Program-made: the position numbers and the translations under genes
In this document: positions 63,265-64,000 of the stretch, in pieces
How positions within the stretch are numbered: the stretch's first letter is position 1
How the letters are laid out: the number at the start of each line of letters is the position of its first letter
Notes under the pieces: model-generated
What the model saw: only the letters and a program-made list of their open reading frames with translations
Database searches by the model: none
Told to the model about the DNA's origin: nothing
Assembly (NCBI RefSeq): GCF_963921235.1
Contig: NC_086108.1
Span: 60,512,001-60,576,000 of the forward strand
Source: Mobula hypostoma
Taxonomy: Eukaryota
Reading direction: 5' to 3'
DNA length: 64,000 bases

Positions 63265-64000
63265 AAGGCCAAGGTAACATGCCTGAACGACTGGCGTCCT
63301 GTCGCACTCACCTCAATAACCTCAATAATAAGCAAATACTTTGTGAGGCTGGTTAAGCATTACATCTGCAGCTTGCTACCACCCAAACTGGACCCCCTAC
63401 AGTTCGGCTACCAACACAACCAATCGACAGATGACGCAATAGCCACTGTTCTACATACCGTACTTACACATCTGGAGAAGAAGGATGCTTATGTGAGAAT
63501 GCTATTCTTGGACTACAGCTCAGCATTCAACACCATAGTTCCATCCAGGCTCAACAGGAAGCTCAGAGATCTCGGGCTTGACCCTGCCTTGTGCAGCTGG
63601 ATCGTCGACTTCCTGTCAGATCGCCAGCAGGTTGTAAGAATGGGTTCCTTCACCTCCAACCCTCTGACTCTCAATACAGGAGCCCCTCAGGGCTGTGTAC
63701 TGAGTCCCCTCCTTTACTCCCTGTATACCCATGACTGTATCACCAACCACAGCTCCAATCTGCTAATCAAATTTGCTGATGACACTACATCGATTGGCCT
63801 TATCTCAAACAATAACGAGGTGGCCTACAGGGAAGAAGTCATCTCTCTGACACAGTGGTGTCAAGAAAACAACCTCTCCCTCAATGTCGCAAAAACAAAG
63901 GAGCTAGTTGTGGATTACAGGAGGAATGGAAATGGGCTAACCCCTATTGACATCAATGGATCTGGGGTTGAGAGGGTAAACAGCTTCAAGTTCCTCAGCA
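63265..64000 (+). mobile_element. Rex1/Babar-like LINE RT, runs off the window
   Basis: [42 protein letters not shown]; same family as 52425-54193. Confidence 0.85.

Overview
Vertebrate nuclear DNA, repeat-dense. The repeat repertoire (CR1, Rex1/Babar, RTE, Penelope-like, HE1/V-SINE-like, Tc1, hAT) suggests a cartilaginous fish, probably a ray (inference). Three spliced genes were reconstructed by hand, all with GT-AG introns. MAGOH (+) has exons 2-5 here; exon 1 is upstream of the window. CZIB/C1orf123 (+) has 8 coding exons (160 aa). CPT2 (-) has 5 coding exons (679 aa) and is convergent with CZIB, the same order and orientation as the human locus. The introns and flanks are mostly TEs, often nested. 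Best leads: (1) minimal type-I hammerhead ribozyme motifs in the Penelope-like repeats, including an intact one sense to the CPT2 pre-mRNA inside a 172-bp inverted repeat; (2) a young Neptune-type Penelope with one frameshift and a 13-bp TSD; (3) an RTE LINE with a twin-priming-like inversion; (4) a chimeric Tc1 with ends from two families; (5) head-on AATAAA signals that predict overlapping CZIB/CPT2 3' ends; (6) an 83-bp locally templated inverted insertion. I found no evidence for a novel protein-coding system. Comparisons with human sequences are from memory, not from a search.
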